NCBI GenBank assembly: GCA_965227515.1
Contig: CBDDFZ010000001.1
Span: 2,016,001 to 2,080,000, forward strand
Direction: 5' to 3'
DNA from: Alphaproteobacteria bacterium
Lineage (GTDB): Bacteria > Pseudomonadota > Alphaproteobacteria > CALKHQ01
DNA: 64,000 nt
The notes under the pieces are model-generated. The model saw nothing but the letters and a program-made list of their open reading frames with translations, ran no database searches and had not been told where the DNA came from. This document shows, in pieces, positions 28,598 through 37,655 of the stretch. A program made the translations under genes and the position numbers. Numbering within the stretch: the stretch's first letter is position 1; every line of letters starts with the position of its first letter.

Positions 28598-28861
28598 CTA
28601 CGCTTGCTCATTCTGCTCCCGAACGAACCGGACAAGCTCGTTCATACGTTCATACGACTGAAACGCGACAATGGCGCGCTCGAACAAGACCCTGGTCACG
28701 AGCGGACCGAACAGAAGTGCCGTCCACCAAGCCCAATGATCGAGCGAGATCAGGACATAGGTGCCGTAGAGACACCCGCCAATGCCTGCCCAGAACAAGA
28801 CCTGAAGGACATAGGGCGAAATCATCTTTCTGAATGTCAGGATGTCGAGCGCGCTTCTCAT
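28598..28861 (-). CDS. Small membrane protein (DUF4282-like)
   Basis: LTFRKMISP.VLQVLFW...RVLFE.AIV.F; two TM segments; its TAG stop is the REP GTAG. Confidence 0.75.
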   Translation of the reverse strand: MRSALDILTFRKMISPYVLQVLFWAGIGGCLYGTYVLISLDHWAWWTALLFGPLVTRVLFERAIVAFQSYERMNELVRFVREQNEQA

Positions 28862-29001
28862 TTGAACCGTGCCTCCCTTGCTATGCCGGTGGTCCGGTCA
28901 TAACGGGCGCCGGTTCGGCGCGCCGGTCGGCGACGGCAAAGCAGCGACTCCCGAATGGCTTGGGGCCTCAAGGTCCGCACGTCGCCCAACGGCAAGCGAC
29001 C

Positions 29002-29085
29002 GTAGCCTGGGTGGAACGAAGTGCGACCGGGAATACCTCTCAGCATGCAACAGCCCCGGATTGCGCCCCGCGCCATCCGGGCTAC
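29002..29085. repeat. GTAG REP doublet
   Basis: GTAGCCTGGGTGGAACGAAGTG...CCATCCGGGCTAC. Confidence 0.88.
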
Positions 29086-29172
29086 GCGTGCTAATTACAT
29101 CCTTGAAGCAAAGGTGGTACTCTGCCAATGATGGCGGACCTGAAACTTGAAGTGGCATAAGAGTTATTAGGT

Positions 29173-30030
29173 ATGAAAAGAGAGGTACTAGCAAGCATTA
29201 GGCGGATGCCTGTGGCCCTCTTGTTGCCGTGCCTGGTTTTTAGTGCCGCATACGCCGATGAGTGTTTGAACCATATACCTCCCGAGTCTCATAACGACGT
29301 GATGCAAATTGCATACGAGGCCACCGTGGGTGGCCCAGCTCGGTCTGGCTGGGCGACGCAGGAATTCCCACGATTTGAGAGGAGCACTACGGTAACTGCC
29401 ATATTCTCCATAGATGGGCACGTTGTGGCGCCTGAGACCCATATTGCCTTTGAGCCTATTGGTCGTTACATTCATATACTAAGTGACATTGGAATAATAG
29501 AACATATTATGCTGTTCAGGCCTTCGGATGTTTTGAATGACATACAGTCAGTAGTCCGGCGAATTCACCAGGACTCGCCAAACTTAACGATATTCGTGAT
29601 TGAGTACATCGCTGATTGGTATAATGACGTACCGCCACGAAATGTACTGGGCGGCCCACTCGAGTGGGCGACAAAAAGGGGGTATATCGGACCGTATTTT
29701 CAGTATAGGTACAGTATGCCTGAGGCAGATATTTTGCTTGATCGCGAAAATTATATCAGGCTGGTTGTCGTGCAGCGTTCTATTAGAGACATACTTCGTG
29801 ACAACCGGCATAACTCAGAGGCTATACCGAATATGTTCAAGGAGTTTGGTTCGATTCTGTTGGGCATACCTCCCCATGCGGCTGAGCCATATATCTCCGA
29901 TCCTGATGACGTCTACTATGAATTGGTCAATTCGGCGGCGTGTGTGCTCCACCATGTGAACCCCAGCCGCGAAGCCAGTCGTGAGGATATCCTTCTAGAT
30001 ATCGCCGAATTCCTCGGGGCTCAGCGATAG
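29173..30030 (+). CDS. Low-GC hypothetical exported protein
   Basis: Signal peptide (LLLPCLVFSAAYA); AT-rich codon usage; REPs on both sides. Confidence 0.65.
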   Translation: MKREVLASIRRMPVALLLPCLVFSAAYADECLNHIPPESHNDVMQIAYEATVGGPARSGWATQEFPRFERSTTVTAIFSIDGHVVAPETHIAFEPIGRYIHILSDIGIIEHIMLFRPSDVLNDIQSVVRRIHQDSPNLTIFVIEYIADWYNDVPPRNVLGGPLEWATKRGYIGPYFQYRYSMPEADILLDRENYIRLVVVQRSIRDILRDNRHNSEAIPNMFKEFGSILLGIPPHAAEPYISDPDDVYYELVNSAACVLHHVNPSREASREDILLDIAEFLGAQR

Positions 30031-30055
30031 CCCGGATGTCACGGCGGCCCGGCTT

Positions 30056-30140
30056 GTAGCCCGGGCGGAACGAAGTGGAACACGGGGATGCCATTGAACA
30101 TGCGACGGCCCCGGATTGCGCTATGCTCGTTCCGAGCTGC
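30056..30140. repeat. Degenerate GTAG REP doublet
   Basis: GTAGCCCGGGCGGAACGAAGTG...CCCGGATTGCGCT..TTCCGAGCTGC; partial arm TAGCCCGGATG at 30028. Confidence 0.7.
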
Positions 30141-30171
30141 GCTTGCTGCAGTTCCGTGCAATGTGATGACG

Positions 30172-30468
30172 TCAGCTCAGGTGCAGACCGAAATCCATCA
30201 TCAAGTGGAGAACGCGAACCACGCGAATACCGGATGAGATGGATTCATAGAAAATGGCGTGACGACCGGCATTGAAACGGTAGTAAGAGACGCCGGTACT
30301 GGTCCGAAACTCCCGGCCAATCTCGGGGGACGCCGCTGCGGCCCGAATGGCCGATAAGATCGTTTCTCTGTAAAGCTCGGCGCGAGCATTTCCGAAGTTT
30401 CGTACGCTGTAGCGAAATATCTTTATCAGGTCTCGGTCTGCCTCGGCAGACAGGATGTACTCAGCCAT
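30172..30468 (-). CDS. RelE/ParE-family toxin
   Basis: MAEYILSAEADRDL..I..Y...FG...A..Y, PEIGR, RHAIFY, VVRVLH. Confidence 0.9.
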   Translation of the reverse strand: MAEYILSAEADRDLIKIFRYSVRNFGNARAELYRETILSAIRAAAASPEIGREFRTSTGVSYYRFNAGRHAIFYESISSGIRVVRVLHLMMDFGLHLS

Positions 30469-30625
30469 CCCTCTCCAGTTTCAAGGCGTCGTCGAAAACT
30501 TCCTCGACGGTCCGCTTACTGTTGCCGCTCCTTCGTCCAGCCTCGAGGGCCGCATCCAGGGATTCTCGATCCCGGATCGGGTCAGGCCACACATGCTCGG
30601 GTGGCGATTTGCGTGTGTCGTCCAT
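30461..30625 (-). CDS. Short ParD-like antitoxin
   Basis: LDAALEAGRRSG...TVEEVF resembles the ParD C-terminus; overlaps the toxin start. Confidence 0.65.
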   Translation of the reverse strand: MDDTRKSPPEHVWPDPIRDRESLDAALEAGRRSGNSKRTVEEVFDDALKLERDG

Positions 30626-30688
30626 CCAGAGAAGATAGCACTGATCGGCGGACACAGGAACTGCGGCGCTCAAATCTGCCCGCACACA

Positions 30689-31588
30689 TCAACTCACCAG
30701 CCCCAGCCCCACCTTCTCGGCCGTTTCCATGCAGTATGAATACGCCATCCGGCCGTAGACGTCGGGCAGGGCGACCTTGGGGTCTTGCTCGGCCTCGACC
30801 ATGATCCAGCCGTCGTAGTTCTGCTCGGCCAGTTCGCGGAAAAAAGGCGCGTAGTCGATGGAGCCGTCGCCGGGCACGGTGAACACGCCGTCCAGCACCC
30901 CTGCGAAGAAGCTGCCGTCATTGGCCTTCAGGTCGGCCAGCACCGGCTCGCGGATGTCCTTGACGTGGACGTGGTTCAGCCGCTTGCCCCAGCGCTTGAG
31001 GGTGGCCAGCCAGTCGCCGCCGGCGAACTTCATGTGGCCGGTGTCGATCAGCAGGTGCACCGCCTCGCCGGTGTTGTTCATCAGCTTGTCGACCTCGTCC
31101 TCGGTCTCGACATAGGTGCCCATGTGGTGGTGGAACGCCATCGGCACGCCTTCGCCGGCCATGTACTCGGCGAGCTGGGTCAGCTTGGCGCCATAGGGCT
31201 TCCAGTCCTCGTCGGAGAACTTCGGCCGCTGGCTGACCGGGGTGTCGAACTGGCCCTGCACCGAGCCCGCCGTCTCCGCCACCACCATGTTCGGCGCGCC
31301 CAGCGCCTTGAACAGGTCCATCTGCGGGCGCTGCGCCTCGATCTCCTCCTCCACCGAGCGGCGGGAAAGCTCGGCGCCGTACCAGCCGGAGATCAACTTG
31401 AGGTCGTACTTGTCCAGCAGCGGGCCCAGCTCGTCGGCGGTGGTGGGCATGCGCGCGCACAACTCCACCCCGACATAGCCGCAGTCGTGCACCTCCGACA
31501 GGCACTGGTCGACGGAGATGTGGGCGCTGATCTCCGGCTTGTCGCCGTTCATCCAGCCGATCGGCGCCATGCCAAGACGTGCGGTCAT
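30689..31588 (-). CDS. iolE: Myo-inosose-2 dehydratase
   Basis: LGMAPIGW, FHHHMGT, DTGH, HVHVKD, FTVPGDG, VEAEQDP. Confidence 0.94.
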   Translation of the reverse strand: MTARLGMAPIGWMNGDKPEISAHISVDQCLSEVHDCGYVGVELCARMPTTADELGPLLDKYDLKLISGWYGAELSRRSVEEEIEAQRPQMDLFKALGAPNMVVAETAGSVQGQFDTPVSQRPKFSDEDWKPYGAKLTQLAEYMAGEGVPMAFHHHMGTYVETEDEVDKLMNNTGEAVHLLIDTGHMKFAGGDWLATLKRWGKRLNHVHVKDIREPVLADLKANDGSFFAGVLDGVFTVPGDGSIDYAPFFRELAEQNYDGWIMVEAEQDPKVALPDVYGRMAYSYCMETAEKVGLGLVS

Positions 31589-31652
31589 TCCAGTGGTCCT
31601 TTCAGTTCACGCGGGCGGGTTAGGCCGCTTCCGCGCGTATCAAATACTGTAC

Positions 31653-31826
31653 TGTCATCCTTGGCCGGAGCCCACCGCGCTTGCCCTCCAGCAAGCGCGG
31701 GGCGGAGTGCCGAGGATCCATCCATGGGCAGGGGTGAGATACTGCCGGCATTTCGCGCATTGGGGCGCAATGGACCCTCGACGCGGCGCGCGGAACACGT
31801 TCCGTGCGCGCCGGTCAAGGGTGACA
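31653..31826. repeat. TGTC-type REP doublet with extended hairpin arms
   Basis: TGTCATCCTTGGCCGGAG...GAGGATCCA and TGGACCCTCG...GGTCAAGGGTGACA. Confidence 0.8.
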
Positions 31827-31839
31827 ACGGGAATTGGGC

Positions 31840-33690
31840 TCAAACACCAACACGCTGTTTCGAGGCGCGGTCGGCGGTGTGCTCCTTGGTGGCGGCGTTC
31901 ACGCTGTCGCGCTGGCTCACCTCCGGCACGCCGACATCCCACCAGCCGAAGCCCGGCGTCCACTCGTTGTGGCTCACCTTGATCGAGATCACCGTGGTGC
32001 GGTCGTTGGCCTTGGCGCGGGCGAACGCCTGCTCCAGGTCGGCGATCGAGGTCACCTGCTCGGCCATCGCCCCCATCGCCTCGGCGTGCTTCACGAAGTC
32101 GAACTCCACGAAACGTTCCTTGCGCACGGTCTCGTAGCGGTTGTTGAACTTGGCCCCGCCCTTGGCGGTCTGCAGCCGCTCGATCACCGAGAACCCACCA
32201 TTGTCGCAGACGATGACGATCAGCTTGTGGCCGGTCAGCACAGTGGAATAGATGTCGCAGTTCATGAGCTGGTAGGAGCCGTCGCCCACCATCACCACCA
32301 CGTCGCGGTCGTCGCCAAGCGCCATCTTGGTGCCCCAGCCGCCGGCGATCTCATAGCCCATGCAAGAGAAGCCGAACTCGCAGTCGAAGGTGTGGGCGGT
32401 CTTGGCGCGCCAGTTCTGGCACAGCTCGCCCGGCAGGCCGCCGGCCGCGGTCAGCGCCAGGTCGGTCGGGTCGCAGATGCGGTTGATCGCGCCGACGACG
32501 TGGGCATAGGTCGGCACTTCCTGGTTGGTCGGGCCGGAGACCTTGTCGACCAGCTCGTTCCACTCGCCATAGAGGCCGCGCGCCTTCGACATCCAGCCGT
32601 CGGGCGCCTTCCAGTCGCCGAGGCCGGACGACAGCTCGGTCAGCCCGACCTGGGCGTCGCCCACCACCGGCAGAGAGCGGTGCTTGTGGGCGTCGAAGCG
32701 GGCGGCGTTCAGCCCGATCAGGCGCACGTTCTCGTTGCCGAACACGCTCCACGAGCCGGTGGTGAAGTCCTGCAGCCGGGTGCCGACCGCCAGCACCACG
32801 TCGGCCTCGGCCGCCAGCGCGTTCGACGACGAGGCGCCCAATACGCCCATCGGGCCGCAGTTGTTGGGGTGGTCGTGCTCCATCAGCGTGCGCCCGGCGA
32901 TGGTCTCCACGACGGGCAGATTGTGCTGCTCGGCGAACGCGGTCAGTTCCGCCGCCGCGCCGGAATAGAAGACGCCGCCGCCGGCCACCACCAGCGGCTT
33001 CTTCGCCGACTTCAGCAGTTCGGCCGCCGCAACGAGTTGCTCGACGTCGGGGCGCGGGCGCGGAATGCGATGCACCATCTTCTCGAAGAACACCTCGGGG
33101 TAGTCGAACGCCTCGGCCTGGATGTCCTGGCAGAGCGCGATGAACGCCGGGCCGCAGTCGGCCGGGTCCAGCATGGTCGCCAGCGCCTGTGGCAGCGACT
33201 GGATGATCTGCTCCGGCCGGGTGATACGGTCCCAATAGCGGGTCACCGGCTTGAAGGCGTCATTCACCGACAGGGTCGGGTCGTAGAAGTTCTCCACCTG
33301 CTGCAGCACCGGGTCGGGCAGGCGGCTGGCGAACACATCGCCCGACAGCAGCAGGATCGGCAGCCGGTTGGCGTGGGCCGCACCCGCCGCGGTCACCATG
33401 TTCAGCGCACCGGGGCCGATGGACGACGCCGCGACCATGATCTGGCGGCGATGCTTGGCCTTGGCATAACCCATGGCGGCCAGCGCCATCGACTGCTCGT
33501 TCTGGCCGCGCCAGGTCGGCATCTGGTCCTGCACCGCCTCCAGCGCCTCGCCCAGGCAGGTGACGTTGCCGTGGCCGAAAATGGCGAAAACGCCCGGGAA
33601 CATCGGCGCTTCCTGCCCGTCGATCAGGGTGCGTTGCGCCACCATCCAGCGCACGACGGCCTGGGCCATGGTCAGTCGAACAGTCTTCAT
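31840..33690 (-). CDS. iolD: 3D-(3,5/4)-trihydroxycyclohexane-1,2-dione acylhydrolase
   Basis: RLTMAQA, AIFGHGNV, PDPVLQQVE, FSCMGYEIAG, GDGSY (ThDP). Confidence 0.96.
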   Translation of the reverse strand: MKTVRLTMAQAVVRWMVAQRTLIDGQEAPMFPGVFAIFGHGNVTCLGEALEAVQDQMPTWRGQNEQSMALAAMGYAKAKHRRQIMVAASSIGPGALNMVTAAGAAHANRLPILLLSGDVFASRLPDPVLQQVENFYDPTLSVNDAFKPVTRYWDRITRPEQIIQSLPQALATMLDPADCGPAFIALCQDIQAEAFDYPEVFFEKMVHRIPRPRPDVEQLVAAAELLKSAKKPLVVAGGGVFYSGAAAELTAFAEQHNLPVVETIAGRTLMEHDHPNNCGPMGVLGASSSNALAAEADVVLAVGTRLQDFTTGSWSVFGNENVRLIGLNAARFDAHKHRSLPVVGDAQVGLTELSSGLGDWKAPDGWMSKARGLYGEWNELVDKVSGPTNQEVPTYAHVVGAINRICDPTDLALTAAGGLPGELCQNWRAKTAHTFDCEFGFSCMGYEIAGGWGTKMALGDDRDVVVMVGDGSYQLMNCDIYSTVLTGHKLIVIVCDNGGFSVIERLQTAKGGAKFNNRYETVRKERFVEFDFVKHAEAMGAMAEQVTSIADLEQAFARAKANDRTTVISIKVSHNEWTPGFGWWDVGVPEVSQRDSVNAATKEHTADRASKQRVGV

Positions 33691-33905
33691 CGCTTCCTCC
33701 CGGCGCGCCTGAGGGCACGCTTGTCATTGCTTGGCGTCAGCGGGCGCGCATGCGGCCATGCGGCAAGCCCGACTGCCGCGTCCGCATAAATCTGCCGTGA
33801 CATGATCCCGTTGACCAGATATCAAATCAGCCCAATCCTACCAACGCAAAACGCAAGTGCCCCACCCCAAGGCTGTCGGGGCCAAATGGTTCTGGGAGGA
33901 ACGAC

Positions 33906-34904
33906 ATGGTGACCTTCGCCCAATTCGGCGCGGGCCGCATCGGCGCGATGCACGCGCGCAACCTGGCGCGTATGAACGGCATCGAGCTTGCCCACATCGT
34001 CGACGTCAATCCGGAAGCGGCCGGCCAGGTGGCGGCCGAGACCGGTGCCAAGGTCACGAACCGCGACGCCGCGCTGTCGGACCCGGATGTCGATGCAGTG
34101 CTGATCTGCTCGGCGACGCCGACCCACGTCGACCTGATGGTGGCGGCGGCAGCGGCCGGCAAGGCGGTGCTGTGCGAAAAGCCCATCGACCTGGATATCG
34201 CCCGCGCGCGCCAGTGCATCGAGGATCTGAAGGCCTATCCCGACGTGCCGGTGATGATCGGCTTCAATCGCCGCTTCGACCCGCACAATGCCGGCGTGCG
34301 CAAGGCGGTGGAGGCCGGCAAGGTCGGCGACGTGGAGCAGGTGATCATCACCAGCCGCGACCCTGGCCTGGCGCCGATGGCGTATCTGCGCGAGTCAGGC
34401 GGCATCTTCCGCGACATGATCATCCACGACTTCGACATCGCCCGCTGGCTGCTGGGCGAGGAGCCGGTGGAGGTATCCGCCACCGGCAGCCGGCTGGTCG
34501 ACCCGGGCCTGGCGGAGATCGACGATTTCGACACGGTCATGGTCACCATGCACACCGCCAGCGGCAAGCAGGTCTCGATCACCGGGTCAAGGCGCGCGAC
34601 CTATGGCTACGACCAGCGCATGGAGGTGCTGGGCTCGAACGGCATGGTGCACAACGGCAACGTGCAGGAGGCGCTGGCCCAGGTCTGGACCAAGGACGGC
34701 ATGCAGACCACGCCGTTGCTGAACTTCTTCATCGAGCGCTACGAGGCATCGTACCTGAACGAGATCAACCACTTCGTCGACGTGCTGCGCCATGGCGGCA
34801 AGCCCAGCGTGACCGCGCTTGACGGGTTGCGGGCGCTGCAGCTCGCCGAGGCGGCGACGGCGTCGGCTCACAATGGCGGCGCGCCCACGAAGGTGGAGCA
34901 GTAG
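33906..34904 (+). CDS. iolG: Inositol 2-dehydrogenase
   Basis: GAGRIG, CEKPI, GFNRRFD, SRDP, GGIFRDMIIHDFD, YGYDQR. Confidence 0.92.
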   Translation: MVTFAQFGAGRIGAMHARNLARMNGIELAHIVDVNPEAAGQVAAETGAKVTNRDAALSDPDVDAVLICSATPTHVDLMVAAAAAGKAVLCEKPIDLDIARARQCIEDLKAYPDVPVMIGFNRRFDPHNAGVRKAVEAGKVGDVEQVIITSRDPGLAPMAYLRESGGIFRDMIIHDFDIARWLLGEEPVEVSATGSRLVDPGLAEIDDFDTVMVTMHTASGKQVSITGSRRATYGYDQRMEVLGSNGMVHNGNVQEALAQVWTKDGMQTTPLLNFFIERYEASYLNEINHFVDVLRHGGKPSVTALDGLRALQLAEAATASAHNGGAPTKVEQ

Positions 34905-34925
34905 GGGGCACACATAAACCCCAAC

Positions 34926-35012
34926 CGTCATGCCCGCACTTGTTGCGGGCATCCACGTCTTGGCATCGGTTGAAAAAAGTCGTGGATGGTCGGGTCAAGC
35001 CCGACCATGACG
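34926..35012. repeat. CGTC REP doublet
   Basis: CGTCATGCCCGCACTTGTTGCGGGCATCCACG...CGTGGATGGTCGGGTCAAGCCCGACCATGACG. Confidence 0.9.
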
Positions 35013-35082
35013 AGCGAGTGAAGTGGCAAAGACGGGAACACTGGAAAAGGCAGCGGCAGCGCGCCAATCGGAGGACCGAAAA

Positions 35083-36522
35083 ATGTACGCAGATTACGGC
35101 CTTTACATCGACGGCGGTTGGCGCGGGGCCAACAGCGGTTCCACCTATCCGGTGATCGACCCGGCGACCGAGGAGGTGCTGGGCGAGGCGCCGGCGGCGC
35201 AGGACGACGACGTCGAGGCGGCGATCGCCGCCGCCGACAAGGGGTTCCAGGTCTGGCGCAACACCCAGCCGTGGGAGCGCTCCCGCCTGATCCGCCGCAT
35301 CGGCGAGCTGATGGAGGAGCGCAAGGAAGAGATCGCCACCTACATGACCCGCGAGATCGGCAAGCCGCTGGCGCAGGCGCGGATCGAGGTCAACATGTCG
35401 ATCGAGCAGTTCTACTGGTACGCCGAGGAGACCAAGCGCATCTACGGCCAGCTCGTCGAGCCGCGCGCGCCGAACACACGCATCATGGTGACCTACCAGC
35501 CGGTGGGCATCGTGGCCGCATTCTCCGCCTGGAACTTCCCGGCCGTGCTGTCGTGCCGCAAGATCGCACCGGCGCTGGCCGCCGGCTGCTCCATCATCGT
35601 GCGCCCGTCGGAAGAGGGGCCGGGTGCGGTGATGGCGATCGTGAAGTGCTGCGAGGATGCCGGCCTGCCGCCGGGTGTGGTCAACTTGCTGACCGGCAAG
35701 GCGCGTGTCATCTCCGCCAAGCTCCTGGAGTCCAAGAAGGTCCGCAAGATCTCGCTGACCGGCTCCACCGAAGTCGGCAAGCTGCTGATCAAGCAGTCGG
35801 CCGACACCGTCAAGAAGCTCTCCATGGAGCTGGGCGGCCATGCCCCGGTGATCGTGTTCGAAGACGCCGACGCCGAGAACGCCGCCGAGACGCTGGCCAC
35901 CGGCAAGTACCGCAATTGCGGCCAGGTCTGCGTGTCGCCGTCGCGCTTTTATCTGCATGAGTCGGTGAAGGACCGCTTCACCAAGCGCTTCGTCGAGGTG
36001 ACAAAGGCGCTGCGCGTCGGCAATGGCCTGGACGAGGGCGTCGATGTCGGGCCGATGGCGACCGCCAAGCGGCTGGCCGAGATCGAGGAGATGGTGGAGG
36101 ACACCAAGAAGGAGGGCGCGACCCTGCTGGCCGGCGGCCAGCGCCCGGCCGGCTTCAACCGCGGCTTCTTCTTCGAGCCAACCGTGTTCGACGACGTCAG
36201 CGACCAGGGCCGCCTGATGACCGAGGAGCCGTTCGGCCCGGTGGCGCCGCTGACCAGCTTCCGCGACTTCGATGAGGTGATGGAGCGCGCCAACTCGCTC
36301 GACATGGGACTGGCCAGCTACGTGTTCACCAAGTCGCAGAAATGGGCGCAGGCGGCGTCGGAGGCTATGGAGGCCGGCATGGTCGGCGTCAACACCATGG
36401 CGCTGGCGACCGCGGAGGCGCCGTTCGGCGGCATCAAGGAATCCGGGTTCGGCCGCGAGGGCGGCTCGCTCGGCATCAAGGACTATCTGGACGTGAAGCT
36501 GACCACGATGGTGTCGGTCTGA
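35083..36522 (+). CDS. NAD(P)-dependent aldehyde dehydrogenase (succinate-semialdehyde DH-like)
   Basis: WNFP, LTGSTEVG, MELGG, GQVC, EEPFGP, PFGGIKESG; start ATG 35083. Confidence 0.93.
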   Translation: MYADYGLYIDGGWRGANSGSTYPVIDPATEEVLGEAPAAQDDDVEAAIAAADKGFQVWRNTQPWERSRLIRRIGELMEERKEEIATYMTREIGKPLAQARIEVNMSIEQFYWYAEETKRIYGQLVEPRAPNTRIMVTYQPVGIVAAFSAWNFPAVLSCRKIAPALAAGCSIIVRPSEEGPGAVMAIVKCCEDAGLPPGVVNLLTGKARVISAKLLESKKVRKISLTGSTEVGKLLIKQSADTVKKLSMELGGHAPVIVFEDADAENAAETLATGKYRNCGQVCVSPSRFYLHESVKDRFTKRFVEVTKALRVGNGLDEGVDVGPMATAKRLAEIEEMVEDTKKEGATLLAGGQRPAGFNRGFFFEPTVFDDVSDQGRLMTEEPFGPVAPLTSFRDFDEVMERANSLDMGLASYVFTKSQKWAQAASEAMEAGMVGVNTMALATAEAPFGGIKESGFGREGGSLGIKDYLDVKLTTMVSV

Positions 36523-36647
36523 TCTGTTTCCAGCTTAGCTGACTCTGCACCGGCCCGCTCCCCCATCCGACCGCCCGCTGATCATACTGCCGTCGGGTGG
36601 CCGGGTGGGGGAGAGGGCCGGCGCCGACTAGATTGAAAGGTACCCTA
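36519..36647. mobile_element. ~130-bp MITE-like hairpin element, copy 2 (more diverged)
   Basis: CTGCACCGGCCCGCTCCCCC...GGGTGGCCGGGTGGGGGAGAGGGCCGGCGCCGACT; fills the whole intergenic space. Confidence 0.65.
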
Positions 36648-37447
36648 TGCGACCGAACAAATTGCGCGAGATCTGGGCCAAGGGCGGCGCCACGGTGAAT
36701 GGCTGGTGCGGCATCCCGTCGTCGTTCTCTGCCGAGACCATGGCCCATGCCGGCTGGGATTCGGTAACCGTCGACCTGCAGCACGGCCTGAACGACTACC
36801 AGGTCGCCGTCACCATGTTCCAGGCGATCAGCACCACCGACACCGTGCCGCTGTGCCGGGTGCCGTGGAACGAGCCCGGCATCGTCGGCAAGATGCTGGA
36901 TGCCGGCGCTTATGGCGTGATCTGCCCGATGGTCAACACGCCGGAGGATGCCGCCAAGTTCGCCGCCTACACGCACTATCCGCCGCTTGGCCAGCGCAGC
37001 TTCGGCCCGGTACGCGGGTTGCTGTACGGCGGTCCCGACTATGCGGTGCACGCCAACGACACCATCGTCGCCATCGCGCAGATCGAGACGCCGGAGGCGG
37101 TGGAGAACGTGGACGCGATCTGCGCCACGCCCGGCATCGACGCGGTCTACATCGGCCCGGCGGACCTGGCGCTCGGCTACGGCAAGAAGCCGGCCTTCGA
37201 CACCGAAGACCCAGAGATGCTGGACAAGTACAAGATCGTCATCGAGGCAGTGAAGAAGCACGGCAAGGTCGGCACCATGCACTGCGGCTCGGTCGACTAT
37301 GCGCTGCGCATGGTCGAGATGGGCTTCCAGATGACGACGATCCTGTCGGACGCGCGCATCATGGCGGCGTCTTCGGCGGCGATGGTGAAGGCGTTCAAGG
37401 ACGGCGGCAGTTCCGGCACCGCCACGCCCACCGGCAGCGGGTACTGA
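36647..37447 (+). CDS. HpcH/HpaI class II aldolase family protein
   Basis: VDLQHG, RVPWN, LDAGAYG, RSFGP, QIET, YIGPADL. Confidence 0.93.
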   Translation: MRPNKLREIWAKGGATVNGWCGIPSSFSAETMAHAGWDSVTVDLQHGLNDYQVAVTMFQAISTTDTVPLCRVPWNEPGIVGKMLDAGAYGVICPMVNTPEDAAKFAAYTHYPPLGQRSFGPVRGLLYGGPDYAVHANDTIVAIAQIETPEAVENVDAICATPGIDAVYIGPADLALGYGKKPAFDTEDPEMLDKYKIVIEAVKKHGKVGTMHCGSVDYALRMVEMGFQMTTILSDARIMAASSAAMVKAFKDGGSSGTATPTGSGY

Positions 37448-37481
37448 GGTTGGGCCACCCACCGTGCCCACTGCCCAACAT

Positions 37482-37589
37482 CGTCATGGTCGGGCTTGTC
37501 CCGACCATCCACGACTTCGCGATCGTAAGATCCGGGCTCATGCCTTCGGACTAAAGACGTGGATGCCCGCAACGAGTGCGGGCATGACG
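37482..37589. repeat. CGTC REP doublet
   Basis: CGTCATGGTCGGGCTTGTCCCGACCATCCACG...CGTGGATGCCCGCAACGAGTGCGGGCATGACG. Confidence 0.9.
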
Positions 37590-37655
37590 TTGGGGTTTGG
37601 ACGAGAGGGAGCTCTAAAAGGGCGGACACATGAACAAGAGCAAGGACACTGAGCC

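Larger units (their letters stand above)
27180..28599 (-). mobile_element. IS110-family element (IS1111-like layout) with a CT core, inserted into a REP
   Basis: CT at 27178-79 and 28598-99; removing the element restores CCATCCGGGCTACG; imperfect subterminal IRs at 27184-27201 and 28574-28591. Confidence 0.92.

Noticed and set aside
28885-29000. Possible c-di-GMP riboswitch (GGCAAA inside a GC hairpin region)
   Set aside because: The second stem and tetraloop/receptor pattern are not recognisable; a covariance-model search would be needed.
26298-30625. Classical integron cassette array
   Set aside because: No tyrosine integrase or attC-type core sites were seen, gene orientation is mixed, and the separators are REP doublets.
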